From an uncultured Gemmatimonadales bacterium (GTDB lineage: Bacteria > Gemmatimonadota > Gemmatimonadetes > Gemmatimonadales > GWC2-71-9), in assembly GCA_963730185.1 (NCBI GenBank), contig CAVSQW010000007.1, forward strand, positions 224,001-288,000: a stretch of 64,000 bases of DNA. Reading direction: 5' to 3'. How positions within the stretch are numbered: the first letter of the stretch is position 1; each line of letters opens with the position of its first letter. This document shows, one piece after another, positions 1-10,663 of the stretch. Position numbers and translations under genes: made by a program. Under the pieces are notes generated by a model. The model saw nothing but the letters and a program-made list of their open reading frames with translations. It had not been told where the DNA came from and did not search any database.

Positions 1-144
1 GCTCAGCCCGTTCCACGGGACCGCTGGGTACGACCGTTCCGCCCCGGGCGACCAGCGACTCGTGGGTGGTGGGCGGGGTAGGCACCGTGATCCGGCTCGT
101 CATCGAGAGGGAAGTATCGGCTGGCGCGGCCCGGGTTTGAGCCC

Positions 145-1395
145 GTGGCCGATTCCGAATCCCGACGGCGCGGCCCATATTCTCCCGGTGCCCTCCCCGA
201 CGACTGGATCGAACCGGTGAAGCGTGAGGCGCGGTCCGCCGCGTTTCTCGGCGCGGCCTTCCTCATGGCCACCTCGGCCGTGGGCCCGGGCTTCCTGACC
301 CAGACCACCGTCTTTACCGAGCGGATGGGGGCGAGCTTCGGGTTCGCGATCCTGATCTCGGTGCTGTTCGACCTTGGGGCCCAACTCAACATCTGGCGGG
401 TGGTCATCGGTTCGGGCGCCCCGGCCCAGACCATCGCCAACGACCTCCTGCCGGGGTTGGGGCACGGACTGAGCGTGCTGGTGGCGGCCGGAGGATTGGC
501 GTTCAACATCGGCAACGTGGCCGGCGCCGGGCTCGGGCTCAACGCGCTGCTCGGGGTGCCGATCGGGTGGGGGGCCACCGTGAGCGCGGCGCTCGCGATC
601 GGCCTCTTCCTGGTGCGCGAAGCGGGGCGGGCGATGGATCGGTTCGCCCAGGTGATGGGCGGCGTGATGGTCGTGCTCGCCCTCTACGTGGCGGTGGTCG
701 CCTCGCCGCCGCTGGCCGAGGCGGCGGCCCGAACCTTCGTCCCGGCGACGCTCGACGTCTTCGCGATCGTCACCATCGTCGGCGGAACGGTCGGGGGCTA
801 CATCACCTTCGCCGGGGCGCACCGGCTGCTCGACGCCGGGGTGAGCGGCCCCGACTCGGTGGCCCAAGCCACCCGGGCGGCCGGCCTCGGGATCGGCGTC
901 GCGACCATTCTCCGGGTGGTGCTCTTTCTGGGGGCGCTCGGGATCGTGGCGCGAGGCCAGGCGCTCGATCCGGCCAATCCCCCGGCGGCGGTCTTCCGGC
1001 TGGCGGCGGGGGAGCTCGGGTACCGGGTCTTCGGGATGGTGATGTGGGCCGCGGCCATGACCTCGATCGTCGGCTCAGCCTACACCTCGGTTTCGTTCGT
1101 CCGGACGGTGCGTCCCTCCTGGGAGCGCCTTCGCCGGCCGCTCACCATCGGCTTCATCGTGGTCTCCACGGCTACCTTGCTGGTGGTGGGGCGGCCGGTG
1201 ATGGTTCTGGTGGTGGTCGGCGCGCTCAACGGCTTGATTCTCCCAGTCGCCCTCGGTGCCATGCTGGTGGCCGCCGTGCCAATGCGCCGAGCGGGCGCCC
1301 GGCACCCGCTGCCGCTGCTGGCCGCGGGCTGGGTCGTCACCCTGGCGATGGCCTGGATGGGCGCCCTCTCGCTCTATCGCCTGACTCGGCCCTGA
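145..1395 (+). CDS. NRAMP-like / YcsG-family membrane transporter
   Basis: GAAFLMATSAVGPGFLTQT motif typical of YcsG-like proteins; ~11 hydrophobic segments; exact start uncertain. Confidence 0.8.
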   Translation: MADSESRRRGPYSPGALPDDWIEPVKREARSAAFLGAAFLMATSAVGPGFLTQTTVFTERMGASFGFAILISVLFDLGAQLNIWRVVIGSGAPAQTIANDLLPGLGHGLSVLVAAGGLAFNIGNVAGAGLGLNALLGVPIGWGATVSAALAIGLFLVREAGRAMDRFAQVMGGVMVVLALYVAVVASPPLAEAAARTFVPATLDVFAIVTIVGGTVGGYITFAGAHRLLDAGVSGPDSVAQATRAAGLGIGVATILRVVLFLGALGIVARGQALDPANPPAAVFRLAAGELGYRVFGMVMWAAAMTSIVGSAYTSVSFVRTVRPSWERLRRPLTIGFIVVSTATLLVVGRPVMVLVVVGALNGLILPVALGAMLVAAVPMRRAGARHPLPLLAAGWVVTLAMAWMGALSLYRLTRP

Positions 1396-1438
1396 CCGGT
1401 CCGAGCGGGTTTCCGTTCACCCTCCACCCCCCGGGCTC

Positions 1439-1759
1439 ATGATCTCCCGAATCTGGCACGGCTACACGACCCCGACCAACGCGGACACCTACCAGGCCTT
1501 GCTCGAGCGCGAGATCTTCGCGGGGATCGAGCAGCGGCGGATCGCCGGGTATCGGGGCATCCAGCTGCTCCGCCGCGCGGTGGGCGACGAGGTCGAGTTC
1601 ATCACGGTCATGTGGTTCGACGATCTGGACGCGGTCCGCGCCTTCGCGGGCGAGGACTACGAGGTGTCGGTGGTCCCACCATCGGCTCGCAACGTACTGT
1701 CCCGCTTTGACGATCGCTCCCAGCACTACGAGGTCATCTCTGACCGCCGTCCCTCCTGA
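1439..1759 (+). CDS. Antibiotic biosynthesis monooxygenase (ABM)-like small protein
   Basis: MISRIWHG...EFITVMWFDDLDAVRAFAGEDYE pattern. Confidence 0.75.
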   Translation: MISRIWHGYTTPTNADTYQALLEREIFAGIEQRRIAGYRGIQLLRRAVGDEVEFITVMWFDDLDAVRAFAGEDYEVSVVPPSARNVLSRFDDRSQHYEVISDRRPS

Positions 1760-1814
1760 GGACGGGCGTTCCCGACCGCCGGGGCCGGTCCCGGCCTCCG
1801 CAGAGCGAGGTCTC

Positions 1815-3875
1815 ATGCGCGCTCGTGGTTCCTGCCTCGTGTTTCTCACGGTCGCGGCCTGCGCTGCGCCCCGGCCCCCCCTCGCGGACCAGGTCACCAT
1901 CTACCGGGACACCTACGGCGTGCCGCACGTGGTCGGCGAGACCGACGCCGCGGCGGTGTTCGGCTTTGCCTACGCGCAGGCGGAGGACCATTTCCGACAG
2001 ATCGAGGACGACTTCATCCGGGCGCTGGGCCGCCGGTCCGAAGTCGAAGGCGAGGACGCGCTGGGCGACGATCGCCTGAACCGGGCCCTGGAGATCCCCC
2101 GGCTGGCGCGGGAGGAGTATGGTCGCCTGGACCCCGACATCCGGGCCCTGGTGGATGCCTACGCCGTCGGGGTGAACTACTACCTGGCCGCCAACCCGAA
2201 GGTCACCCCGCGCTTGCTCCGGACCATGGAGCCCTGGTACCCGCTCGCCTTCATCCGCTACAACTACTACCAGGCGGGTTTCGCGGCGGGGGAGCTGGAG
2301 CAGGCCGGCCTCCGGGCGGTGCCGCCTGGCGAAGCGCTGGCCCGGGCGGGGCAGGGCTCCAACGGCTGGGCGATCGGACCATCGCGCACGGCGGGGGGAC
2401 ACGCGCTGCTCTTCATCAACCCGCACCTGCCCTGGTTCGGGCCGGGTCAGGTCTACGAGGGACACCTGATCAGCCAGTCGGGGTGGAACTTTACCGGCTA
2501 CACCCGATTCGGGTTTCCGCTGCCGTACGTGGGTCACAACGAGGCCGCCGGGTGGGTCAGCACCGACAACGCGGCCGACCTGGCCGACCTCTACCTCGAG
2601 ACCTTCGACGATCCCGCCGACTCGCTCGCTTATCGGGTCGGCGGCCAGCACCGGCGGGCCACCGCCTGGACCGACACGATCCGGGTCAAGCTGGCGAGCG
2701 GGGTGGAGGCCCGGGCGTTCCGCTTCCGGAAGACCCACCACGGCCCGATCGTGGGCACGCTCGACGGGCGGCCGGTGGCGCTCCGGCTGGCCAAGCTCGA
2801 GGCCGACGGCTGGCTCCGCGAGTGGTATCGGATGACCCGGGCCCGCACCCTGGCCGAGTTCAAGGCCGCGATGGCGCCGCTGGAGATGCAGTTCGGCAAC
2901 GCGATGTTCGCCGATCGCGACGGCGAGACGTTCTACCTCTACAATGGGGCGGTGCCCCGGCGCGATCCCAGCTTCGACTGGTCGAGGCCGGTCGACGGCA
3001 GCGACCCGCGGACCGAATGGCAGGGCTTCCACTCCATCGACGAGCTCCCCCAGCTGGAGAACCCGGCCAGTGGGTGGATGCAGAACTGTAACGGCACGCC
3101 CTTCTTGCTCACCGATCGTGGGAACCCGGATCGGGCTCGGTTTCCGCGCTACCTGGCGACCGAGCCCGACACCCGCCGCGCGGTGGCCTCGCGCCGGATC
3201 CTCGGAGCCCAGTCGGCTTGGACGCTCGATCTCCTCGCCGACGCCGCGTTCGATACCCGAGTCGTGGTCGCCGACAGCATGATGCCGGGCTGGATCACGG
3301 CCGCGGCAAAGGGCGCGGTGCCGACCCGCCGGATCGAAGCCCTCCAGCTGCTCGACGCCTGGGATCACCGGAGCGACACCGCCTCGGTCGCCATGACGGT
3401 GCTCGCCGGGTGGGCCGGCCGGGTGTTCGGGGGGCTGGCCCCGGCGCCGGCCCTCGATTCGGCCCTGAACGACCTGGAACGGAGCTTCGGCACCTGGCGG
3501 GTGGCCTGGGGGGTGGTGAACCGGACCCAGCGGTGGGACGACTTCGACGACCCGGGGCCCCGAGCCGACCGGCCCAGCCTGGCGCTGGCCGCCGTGGACC
3601 AATCGTTAGGCGCCGTCTTCACCGACTGGCCCAATGCGTTCGACCGCCAGGGCCGACAGTACGGGGTCGGCGGGGGCAGCTACGTGAGCGTGGTGGAGTT
3701 CGGGCCGGAGGTGCGGGCCCTGGCGGTGCACGATTTCGGGGAGAGCGGCAATCCGTCGTCGCCTCACTTCTTCGACCAGGCGCCGCTCTATGCGGCCCGG
3801 ACCTTCCGGCCGGCCTGGTTCACGCTCGCCGAGATCGAGTCCCATCTCGAGCGCGCCTACCGGCCGGGGCGATGA
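1815..3875 (+). CDS. Penicillin acylase family Ntn-hydrolase (probable lipoprotein)
   Basis: IYRDTYGVPHV, YAQAED, beta-subunit N-terminal SNGWAIG, NPHLPW; lipobox-like VAAC; ATG at 1815. Confidence 0.9.
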   Translation: MRARGSCLVFLTVAACAAPRPPLADQVTIYRDTYGVPHVVGETDAAAVFGFAYAQAEDHFRQIEDDFIRALGRRSEVEGEDALGDDRLNRALEIPRLAREEYGRLDPDIRALVDAYAVGVNYYLAANPKVTPRLLRTMEPWYPLAFIRYNYYQAGFAAGELEQAGLRAVPPGEALARAGQGSNGWAIGPSRTAGGHALLFINPHLPWFGPGQVYEGHLISQSGWNFTGYTRFGFPLPYVGHNEAAGWVSTDNAADLADLYLETFDDPADSLAYRVGGQHRRATAWTDTIRVKLASGVEARAFRFRKTHHGPIVGTLDGRPVALRLAKLEADGWLREWYRMTRARTLAEFKAAMAPLEMQFGNAMFADRDGETFYLYNGAVPRRDPSFDWSRPVDGSDPRTEWQGFHSIDELPQLENPASGWMQNCNGTPFLLTDRGNPDRARFPRYLATEPDTRRAVASRRILGAQSAWTLDLLADAAFDTRVVVADSMMPGWITAAAKGAVPTRRIEALQLLDAWDHRSDTASVAMTVLAGWAGRVFGGLAPAPALDSALNDLERSFGTWRVAWGVVNRTQRWDDFDDPGPRADRPSLALAAVDQSLGAVFTDWPNAFDRQGRQYGVGGGSYVSVVEFGPEVRALAVHDFGESGNPSSPHFFDQAPLYAARTFRPAWFTLAEIESHLERAYRPGR

Positions 3876-4294
3876 GGCGGCTGGTCATGGCGCTCGGGTC
3901 GATCGCGGCGGCGGCCTGCGGGCGCTCGCTCGGCGCTCGGGCTGCCGCCGGCGACCTCGAGATCCGAGACGCTTACGCCAAGGAGCCGATCATCAAGGCG
4001 TCGGGCGCGGCGTATTTCTCGGTGGTCAATCACGGGACCGCGCCCGACACCCTGGTCGGGGCATCGAGTCCGGAGGCGGCGGGCGCGATGCTCCACGGGG
4101 CGAACATGGGGCACCTAGACCGGCTGGTCGTCGAGCCCGGGGCGACGGTCACGCTCCGCCCCGGGCAGACCCATCTGATGTTTCAGGATTTCGAGACCAA
4201 GCCGGCGGTGGGCGACTCGCTCACCCTGGTGCTGGACTTCGCCCGAGCGGGACGGGTGACGCTCCGGATTCCGGTCCGCTCCCTCTCCGAGTAG
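3872..4294 (+). CDS. Copper chaperone PCu(A)C-like lipoprotein
   Basis: GAAYFSVVNHG..DTLVGASSP; H-x3-M-x21-H-x-M; ATGA overlap with acylase stop. Confidence 0.8.
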   Translation: MRRLVMALGSIAAAACGRSLGARAAAGDLEIRDAYAKEPIIKASGAAYFSVVNHGTAPDTLVGASSPEAAGAMLHGANMGHLDRLVVEPGATVTLRPGQTHLMFQDFETKPAVGDSLTLVLDFARAGRVTLRIPVRSLSE

Positions 4295-4299
4295 ACCGC

Positions 4300-5682
4300 T
4301 CAGCTCCGGCCGCGAGCGATCCGGAGCGCCTCGGCCACCTCCACCACTTTGCAGCGGGGACGTCCCGCCGCTTTGCCGAGCGCCGCTTCGTGGGCGCCCA
4401 GGGTGAGCCAGTCGGCCCAGGTGAGCGTCTCGGGATGGCGCTCGCGAATCAGGGCGTCGACTGCGTCGGGGGCGTGCCCCGGAGCCGGGAGCCGGCCGGC
4501 CTTCGCGTCGGCCAGGATCGCCTCGGCGGTCTCGCCGGCGTCGGGTTTGTTGGTGCCGATCACCCCGCTCGGGCCCCGCTTGATCCACCCCGCCGCGAAG
4601 ACCCCGGGGATCAGGGCGCCGGTCGCCGGATCGGTAACCCGGCCGCCCTCGTTGGGCACCACGCCCCGCCGCTCGTCGAACGGCACCCCGGGAATCGCCA
4701 CGCCGCGATAACCGACCGAGCGGAAGACCAGGCCCACCGGGATCTCCTCGGTCTGGCCGGTCGCCTGCGCGGCCAGGTAGCCGTTCCGGTCGACCAGCCG
4801 GTTCCGCACCAGGCGAATGGCGCGGACGTTCCCGCCCTCGTCGCCGAGGATCTCGGTGGGAGACACCAGAAAGCGGAGCGTGAGCCGGCGGGGCTTCCCG
4901 GTCGGGTGGCGCTGGCCCAGCTCGCGGATCACCTCGAGCTTCCGGAGAGTGCTGGTGTCGTTCTCCTGGTCGACGGCGGCCTGGCTCAGGGGGTCGAGCG
5001 CCACCTCGTCGGCGTGGGCCACGGTGTCGCAGCCAGCCAGCTCGCCCAGTTCCTTCACCTCGGGCGTCGTGAACGCCGCCTGGGCCGGGCCCCGCCGCCC
5101 GAGCAGCAGCACCTCCTTCACGCGGCTCCGCCGAAGGGCCTCGAGGGCATGATCGGCGATGTCGGTCGTGGCCAGCTCGTCGGGATCGCGACAGAGGATC
5201 CGGGCGACGTCGACCGCGACGTTGCCCACGCCGATTACCGCGACCCGCTCGGCCGACAGATCGAACTCGGCGTCCCGGAACTCGGGGTGTCCGTTGTACC
5301 AGGCCACGAACGCGGTCGCCGGATGACTCCCGGCCAAGTCTTCGCCGGGGATGCCCATCTGGCGGTCGGTCTGAGCGCCGGTCGTGAAGCAGACCGCGTG
5401 ATAGTGATGGCGGAGATCGTCGACGCCGAGACCTGACCCGATGTCGACGTTGCCGAAGAACCGAAAGCCCGCCTTGCCGGCGGCCTTGTCGAAGCTCCGG
5501 GTGACGTTCTTGATCTTTTCGTGGTCGGGCGCCACCCCGAAGCGGACCAGCCCGTACGGCGTCGGCAGCCGCTCGAACAGGTCCACTTGCACGGGAACCT
5601 CGGTCTGACTCAGGAGCTTGTCGACGAGGAAGAAGCCGGCTGGGCCGGCACCGACGACGGCAACGCGGGTGGTGTCAGGCAT
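4300..5682 (-). CDS. NADPH-ferredoxin reductase (adrenodoxin reductase / FprA-like)
   Basis: GAGPAG, PYGLVRFGVAPDH, GVGNVAVDVAR, GWIKRGPSGVIGTN. Confidence 0.92.
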   Translation of the reverse strand: MPDTTRVAVVGAGPAGFFLVDKLLSQTEVPVQVDLFERLPTPYGLVRFGVAPDHEKIKNVTRSFDKAAGKAGFRFFGNVDIGSGLGVDDLRHHYHAVCFTTGAQTDRQMGIPGEDLAGSHPATAFVAWYNGHPEFRDAEFDLSAERVAVIGVGNVAVDVARILCRDPDELATTDIADHALEALRRSRVKEVLLLGRRGPAQAAFTTPEVKELGELAGCDTVAHADEVALDPLSQAAVDQENDTSTLRKLEVIRELGQRHPTGKPRRLTLRFLVSPTEILGDEGGNVRAIRLVRNRLVDRNGYLAAQATGQTEEIPVGLVFRSVGYRGVAIPGVPFDERRGVVPNEGGRVTDPATGALIPGVFAAGWIKRGPSGVIGTNKPDAGETAEAILADAKAGRLPAPGHAPDAVDALIRERHPETLTWADWLTLGAHEAALGKAAGRPRCKVVEVAEALRIARGRS

Positions 5683-5704
5683 GGGGGGAGAAGGTAATTC
5701 CCCC

Positions 5705-8408
5705 TCACTCGGTCCGCAGGGCCTCCATCGGGTCGACCCGCGCCGCCCGACGACCCGGCACCCAGGCCGCCACCGCGCTTACCGCCAGCACGATCACCAT
5801 CGCGGAGCCGAACACCATCGGGTCGGTGCCCCTCGTGTGAAAGAGCAGCCGCTCCAGCCGCGCGCTGGCCAGGAGTGCCAGGCCGGTTCCGAGCACCACG
5901 CCCAGCGCCGCCACCCCGACCCCGCTCACCACGACGCTCCGGAGGAGCCGCCCGGGCGAGGCCCCCAACGCCGCCCGGAGGCCGAGCTCGCGGGTCCGCT
6001 GGGCGACGGCGAACGCGATGACGCCATAGAGTCCGATGGCGGCGATGATCAGGCTCAACACGCCGAAGGTGGTGAAGAGCGTGGCCCCGAGGCTCCAGGG
6101 CCTGGCCTGGGCGGCGAGCAGGTCCCGATACCAGGCGATTCGGACATAGGGCAGGTTGGGCCACTGGGCGGCCAGGGTCCGGCGAATCGTTCCCGCGACC
6201 TCCCGATCACCGGGACGGGTCCGGACGATCAGATGCCCGGGCGTCACGTCCGGCGGACTCTGGGCGATCACCGTGAAGTAGAGCATGAAGGGCGCGGCGG
6301 TCTCGTCCAGCTCCTGGCGGTGGATGTCCCGCACCACGCCCACGATCTGGAGGCAGGGCGCGGTCGAGTCGTCGGAGGGATAGAAGCACTTCCCGATGGC
6401 CGATTGGCCGGGCCAGAGGGTCCGGGCCATGCGCTCCGACACGATGGCGACCGGCAACGAGTTGGCGCGGTCCGTTTCGGCGAAGCTCCGGCCCTCCACG
6501 ATGGTGGCGCCCAGCGCCTCGATCGTGCCGGCGCTGACCGGAAAGAAATAGGGGCCCCCGCCCTCGAGGCGGGGAATGGAGTCGAGCCCGGGGACCCGGA
6601 TCCGACCGCCTTGGTTGCCCATGAACGGCGCGCCGCGGGAGAGCCCGGCGGCCACCACGCCCGGAAGCTGCCGGATCCGGGTCGCCGCCTCGTCGTAGAA
6701 CGCCCGGGTCTCGGCGGGGCTCTGCGCCATGGTCTTGGTGTTGACCGAGACCAGAGCGACTCCGGTGGGGTCCATCCCGAGATCGAGGTGGCGGATGGTG
6801 CTCATGCTCCGGACGAAGAGCCCGGCGACGATCACCAGGGCGGTGCAGAGCGTGGTCTGGACCAGGAGTAGTCCGCCCCTGACCCGGGGAGCGAGCCCAC
6901 CCATAGACCGGCCGGCGCCATGCAGGGTCCGGGCGACGTCGACCCGGCGCGCTTCGAATCAGGGGCCAGAGGCTTGCCAGGAAGGCGGCGGCCACCGCCG
7001 CCCCGGCGGTCGCGAGCAGGACCCGAAGGTTCACCGGATCGGCGTCCCACGCCGTCTGGGCCAGCAGCAGGCGGCGGACCAACTGCCCGCCCCAGCGAGT
7101 GATCGCGAGGCCCACCACCAGCCCGAGCCCCACCACCAGCGCCGTCTCGACCGCGTATTGGCGGAGCAGGCGTCCCCGTGACACGCCCAGCGCCTGGCGC
7201 ACGGCCGTCTCGGTCCGTCGGACCAGACCCCGCGCCAGGACGACGTTGGCAATGTTGGCGCAGGCGATGAGCAGCACCAGGATGGTGACCCCGTAGAGCC
7301 AGCCGGCCACCCGCTCCGGTCCCGCGTCCTCGCTATAGTCCTGGAGGGTTCGAAAGGCGGGAACGGCCTTGGCCTCGAACGGCGCGAAGTCGGCGTTGGC
7401 CAGCTGATAGGCACGGCGGGCGTCGTCGGCCGCCTGCTCGTCGGTGAAGGCGGGCTTGATCCGGACCAGGGCGTTCAGGAACTGCCACCCCCGGCTGGTT
7501 CGCCAGTCGGCCTGATCGTAGACCACCTGACCGGCGGTCAGCAGCGGCATCCAGACGTCGACCGGGTCGAGATTGGCGCCGCTGAAGCGGCGGGCGGCGA
7601 CGCCGACCACCTCGAACGGAATGCCGTTGAGCAGGATCGGGCGGCCGAGGATCGCCGAGTCGGCCCCGAACGCGGTTTCCCAGAAGCTATAGCTCAACAC
7701 CGTGACCCGCTCGCCCCCCGGGGGCTGGTCGTCCGCGTCGGTCAGGAGGCGGCCGATGGCCGGTCGGGTCTCGAGGAGGCCGAAGTACTGGCCGCTGGCG
7801 AAGATCGCCCGGGCCGGGCGGGCCTGGTCGCCAAGGCCGAGCGAGAGCGTGGCGGGGGTGGTGACGGCCACCTGCCGGAAGGCGGTGGTGTGATCGCGAA
7901 GCCCGGCGAACGAGGGATACGAGATCGCGTCCCACGCGGCGCCCAGGTGATCCTGTTCCCAGCGGGCCACCTCGACCCGGCGGACCTCGTCCGGATGGTC
8001 GATTCCCGGCGGCGGGCGGAGCAGGAGGCGGTCGACGACCCCGAACATGGTGGCATTGGCGCCCAGGGCGAGCCCGAGCGTCCCTACGATCACTGCGGCG
8101 TAGCCCGGCGCGCGGCGTAACCCGCGGACGGCGTACCGGAGATCCTGGCCCCACGAGGCGATCCGCTCGGTGAGGGCCCGCCGCCGGCGGACCCCACCGT
8201 CGATGGCGCGGAGCTCTCGCCGGAACCGGTCGAGATCGCCGAACCGGCGCCGCGCCTCGTCGCGCGCGGCCTCGGGCGCAAGGCCTCGGGCCTGGAGCCA
8301 CTCGGCCAACTGGCCCAGATGGCTCGCGATCTCGGCGTCGATGTCCTGGACCACGCTGGGCTCGCGCCCGGCCAGCCGGAACAGCCGGCGGAAAGGATTG
8401 GGGGCCAT
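5705..8408 (-). CDS. Duplicated (ADOP-type, MacB_PCD/FtsX x2) ABC permease; +1 frameshift near 6945
   Basis: ORFs 6207..8408 and 5705..6904 join (IRSA-RVDVARTLHG) if one base is removed; QDLRYAVRGLRRAPG, LIACANIAN, QRTRELGLRAALGA, RAARVDPMEALR. Confidence 0.85.
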
Positions 8409-8411
8409 GAC

Positions 8412-8777
8412 CTACCCCGCCGTCTCGAGCAGCCGAATCGCTTCCCGCTGGGTCTTGAGCACCTGGAACACCGCCACGGCATAGGCGGTCCAATTGGCCG
8501 TGCCCTGGGCCAGCTCCGACCGACCGGCCGGCGTCAGGGTGTAGTACCGCGCCCGCCGGTTGTTCTCGGTGACGCCCCACTCGCCAGTGATGAAGCCCCG
8601 CTTCTCGAGGCGGTGGAGGGCGGTGTACATCGCCCCATCCTCCACCCGGAGCTCGTCGCGGGTCAGCTGCCGGATCCATTGAGTGACCCCGAAGCCGTGC
8701 TGAGGCCCGGCGGCCAGGGCCCGGAGGATCAGCAGGTCGAGCGTGCCGCGGAGGAGGTCGAAATCGGCGCTGGCCAT
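8412..8777 (-). CDS. PadR family transcriptional regulator
   Basis: LLRGTLDLLIL..L..GPQHGF, GAMYTALHRLE, ENNRRARYYTLT. Confidence 0.92.
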   Translation of the reverse strand: MASADFDLLRGTLDLLILRALAAGPQHGFGVTQWIRQLTRDELRVEDGAMYTALHRLEKRGFITGEWGVTENNRRARYYTLTPAGRSELAQGTANWTAYAVAVFQVLKTQREAIRLLETAG

Positions 8778-8795
8778 GAAGAAAACCCTGTTGAT

Positions 8796-8835
8796 ATTAC
8801 CCTGTCATTGTAAGGGTAATGGCGACAGGTGTCAA
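8796..8835 (-). promoter_or_regulatory. Sigma70 promoter TTGACA-N17-TACAAT overlapped by palindrome ATTACCCT-N9-AGGGTAAT (candidate PadR operator)
   Basis: -35 at 8835-8830, -10 at 8812-8807 on minus strand; inverted arms 8796-8803 and 8813-8820. Confidence 0.8.
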
Positions 8836-8847
8836 ATGAATCGCGGG

Positions 8848-10374
8848 CTAGGAGTCGAGTGTCGCCCTGATCGCCGCCGCCAGGTCGTCGATGGCCGCCG
8901 GCTTGGCCACCACGCGGGCCACGCCCGCGTCAATGACCTGCTCGATCGGCACTTCGAGGAAACCGGTGGTCATCACAATTCGAATGTCGCCCCGAACGGC
9001 GCGAATGGCCCGAGCCAGCTCGAGGCCCGTCACCCTCGGCATGAGGTAATCGGTCAGGACCAGGTCGAAGCGGTTCGGGTCGGTTCGGAAGGTCTCGAGC
9101 GCCTCCTCTGGCGAGGTGGCGAGGACGACGTCGTATCCCAGCCACTCGAGCCGGCGCCGGCCGGACATGGCGAGCGACAGTTCGTCGTCGACGAGGAGGA
9201 TCCGCTCCCCGTAGCCCGCCCGGGCTGGCTCCCGTGGGGCGGCGGGCGCCGCGACCGCGTCTTCGATGGCCGGGAAGAAGCAGCGAACCTCGCTCCCGGT
9301 CCCGGGGGTGCTGTCGAGCAACACGGCGCCCCCGTGTTCGCGCATGATGCCATGCACCATGGCGAGTCCCAGCCCGGTGCCGGCTCCAGCGGTCTTGGTC
9401 GTGAAGAACGGCTCGAAGACTCGGCTTTGGATGGCCGGATCGATCCCGGTGCCGTGGTCGCGGACGCTGAGCAGCGCGTACGGTCCTTCCCGAAGGTCGG
9501 GATGGGATCGTGCGACGCTGTCGCGAACGTAGATCTTCTTGACCCCGATTTCGAGGATGCCGCCGTCCGGCATGGCCTGCGCCCCGTTGGTGGCCAGGTT
9601 CATCAGGATCTGGTGGATAGAGGTGGCGTCCGCGCTCACCCGCGGCGTGGTGGGATCGATCACTTCCTGGAGCTCGACCGGCGACCCGATCGTCCGCCGG
9701 AAGAGCTCGACGGCGTCGGTGGTGACCTTCGCCAGGTCGAGGGGGCGGCGCTCGGTTGCCTGCCGCCGGCTGAAGGTGAGGAGCCGTTGGACCAGATCGC
9801 GGCCGCGATCGGCGGCCTGCATGATTTCCCCGAGGTCTTCGGCCGACTGCGTCTGTGGGGCGATCGAGTGCTGCAACAGCTCCACGTAGCCGACGATGCC
9901 GTTCAGGATGTTGTTGAAATCGTGGGCGATCCCGCCGGCGAGGGTTCCGATCGCCTCGAGCTTCTGCGACTGGCGGAGCTGGTCCTCCAGCTCCTGCCGG
10001 TGCCGCTCGGCCTCTTGCCGGGCGGTGATGTCGACCACCGAGCTGATGACGTACAAGCCCTCGGGGGTGGCGACCGGCGTGAGCCCGATCTCGAGGGGGA
10101 CCTCGCTCCCGTCCTTGCGGAGCCCGAAGAGATCCCGTCCCGCCCCCATGGCGCGGACTCTCGGCGCTGACAGGAAGCCTTCTCGATAGGCGGGATGGGC
10201 GCCCTGGAAGCGCGACGGGACCAGCTTCTCGATCGACTGGCCGAGGAGCTCCTCGCGGGGATAGCCAAAGAGGCGTTCGATCTCACGGTTGACCAGGACG
10301 ATCCGGCCCTCGCGGTCGGTCATGAGGAGCCCGCTCGGGGAGGACTCGACCGCTGCACGGAGACGTTGTTCCAA
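8848..10374 (-). CDS. PAS-domain hybrid sensor histidine kinase (PAS-HisKA-HATPase-REC)
   Basis: GIAHDFNNIL, NLATNG, FEPFFTTK, GTGLGL, ILLVDDE; TTG at 10374 preceded by GGAGGT. Confidence 0.9.
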   Translation of the reverse strand: MEQRLRAAVESSPSGLLMTDREGRIVLVNREIERLFGYPREELLGQSIEKLVPSRFQGAHPAYREGFLSAPRVRAMGAGRDLFGLRKDGSEVPLEIGLTPVATPEGLYVISSVVDITARQEAERHRQELEDQLRQSQKLEAIGTLAGGIAHDFNNILNGIVGYVELLQHSIAPQTQSAEDLGEIMQAADRGRDLVQRLLTFSRRQATERRPLDLAKVTTDAVELFRRTIGSPVELQEVIDPTTPRVSADATSIHQILMNLATNGAQAMPDGGILEIGVKKIYVRDSVARSHPDLREGPYALLSVRDHGTGIDPAIQSRVFEPFFTTKTAGAGTGLGLAMVHGIMREHGGAVLLDSTPGTGSEVRCFFPAIEDAVAAPAAPREPARAGYGERILLVDDELSLAMSGRRRLEWLGYDVVLATSPEEALETFRTDPNRFDLVLTDYLMPRVTGLELARAIRAVRGDIRIVMTTGFLEVPIEQVIDAGVARVVAKPAAIDDLAAAIRATLDS

Positions 10375-10663
10375 TGGGGGACCTCCACGCACCCGTTCCC
10401 GCGCCGCCGGCGGGCCCGCCGCGTTCAAGCGTAAAAGCCGATTCTCTCCGGCTCGAAGCGCTGCAAAATTCGTGACCAAACTTGTCGGAATGCCGGCCGC
10501 CGTGCCAGTAGCATTTGGCCCTACCGACGAATTTCGGTCATCGGGCCCAGGCGCCGCCGCCGGCCCCTACGTCTCCTCCGTGTCGGGCGGCCAAGCCGCT
10601 CCGATGAGGCCTGTCCTTTGACCGAAACGCTTTTCAGGACCGTCGTGTCCAAAGGGAGACTCC

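Noticed and set aside
1..103. Possible minus-strand gene start (MTSRITVPTPP...) leaving the window
   Set aside because: Too short to support a call
10485..10510. TGGCAC as sigma54 promoter (also at about 60753)
   Set aside because: No GC at the required GG-N10-GC position
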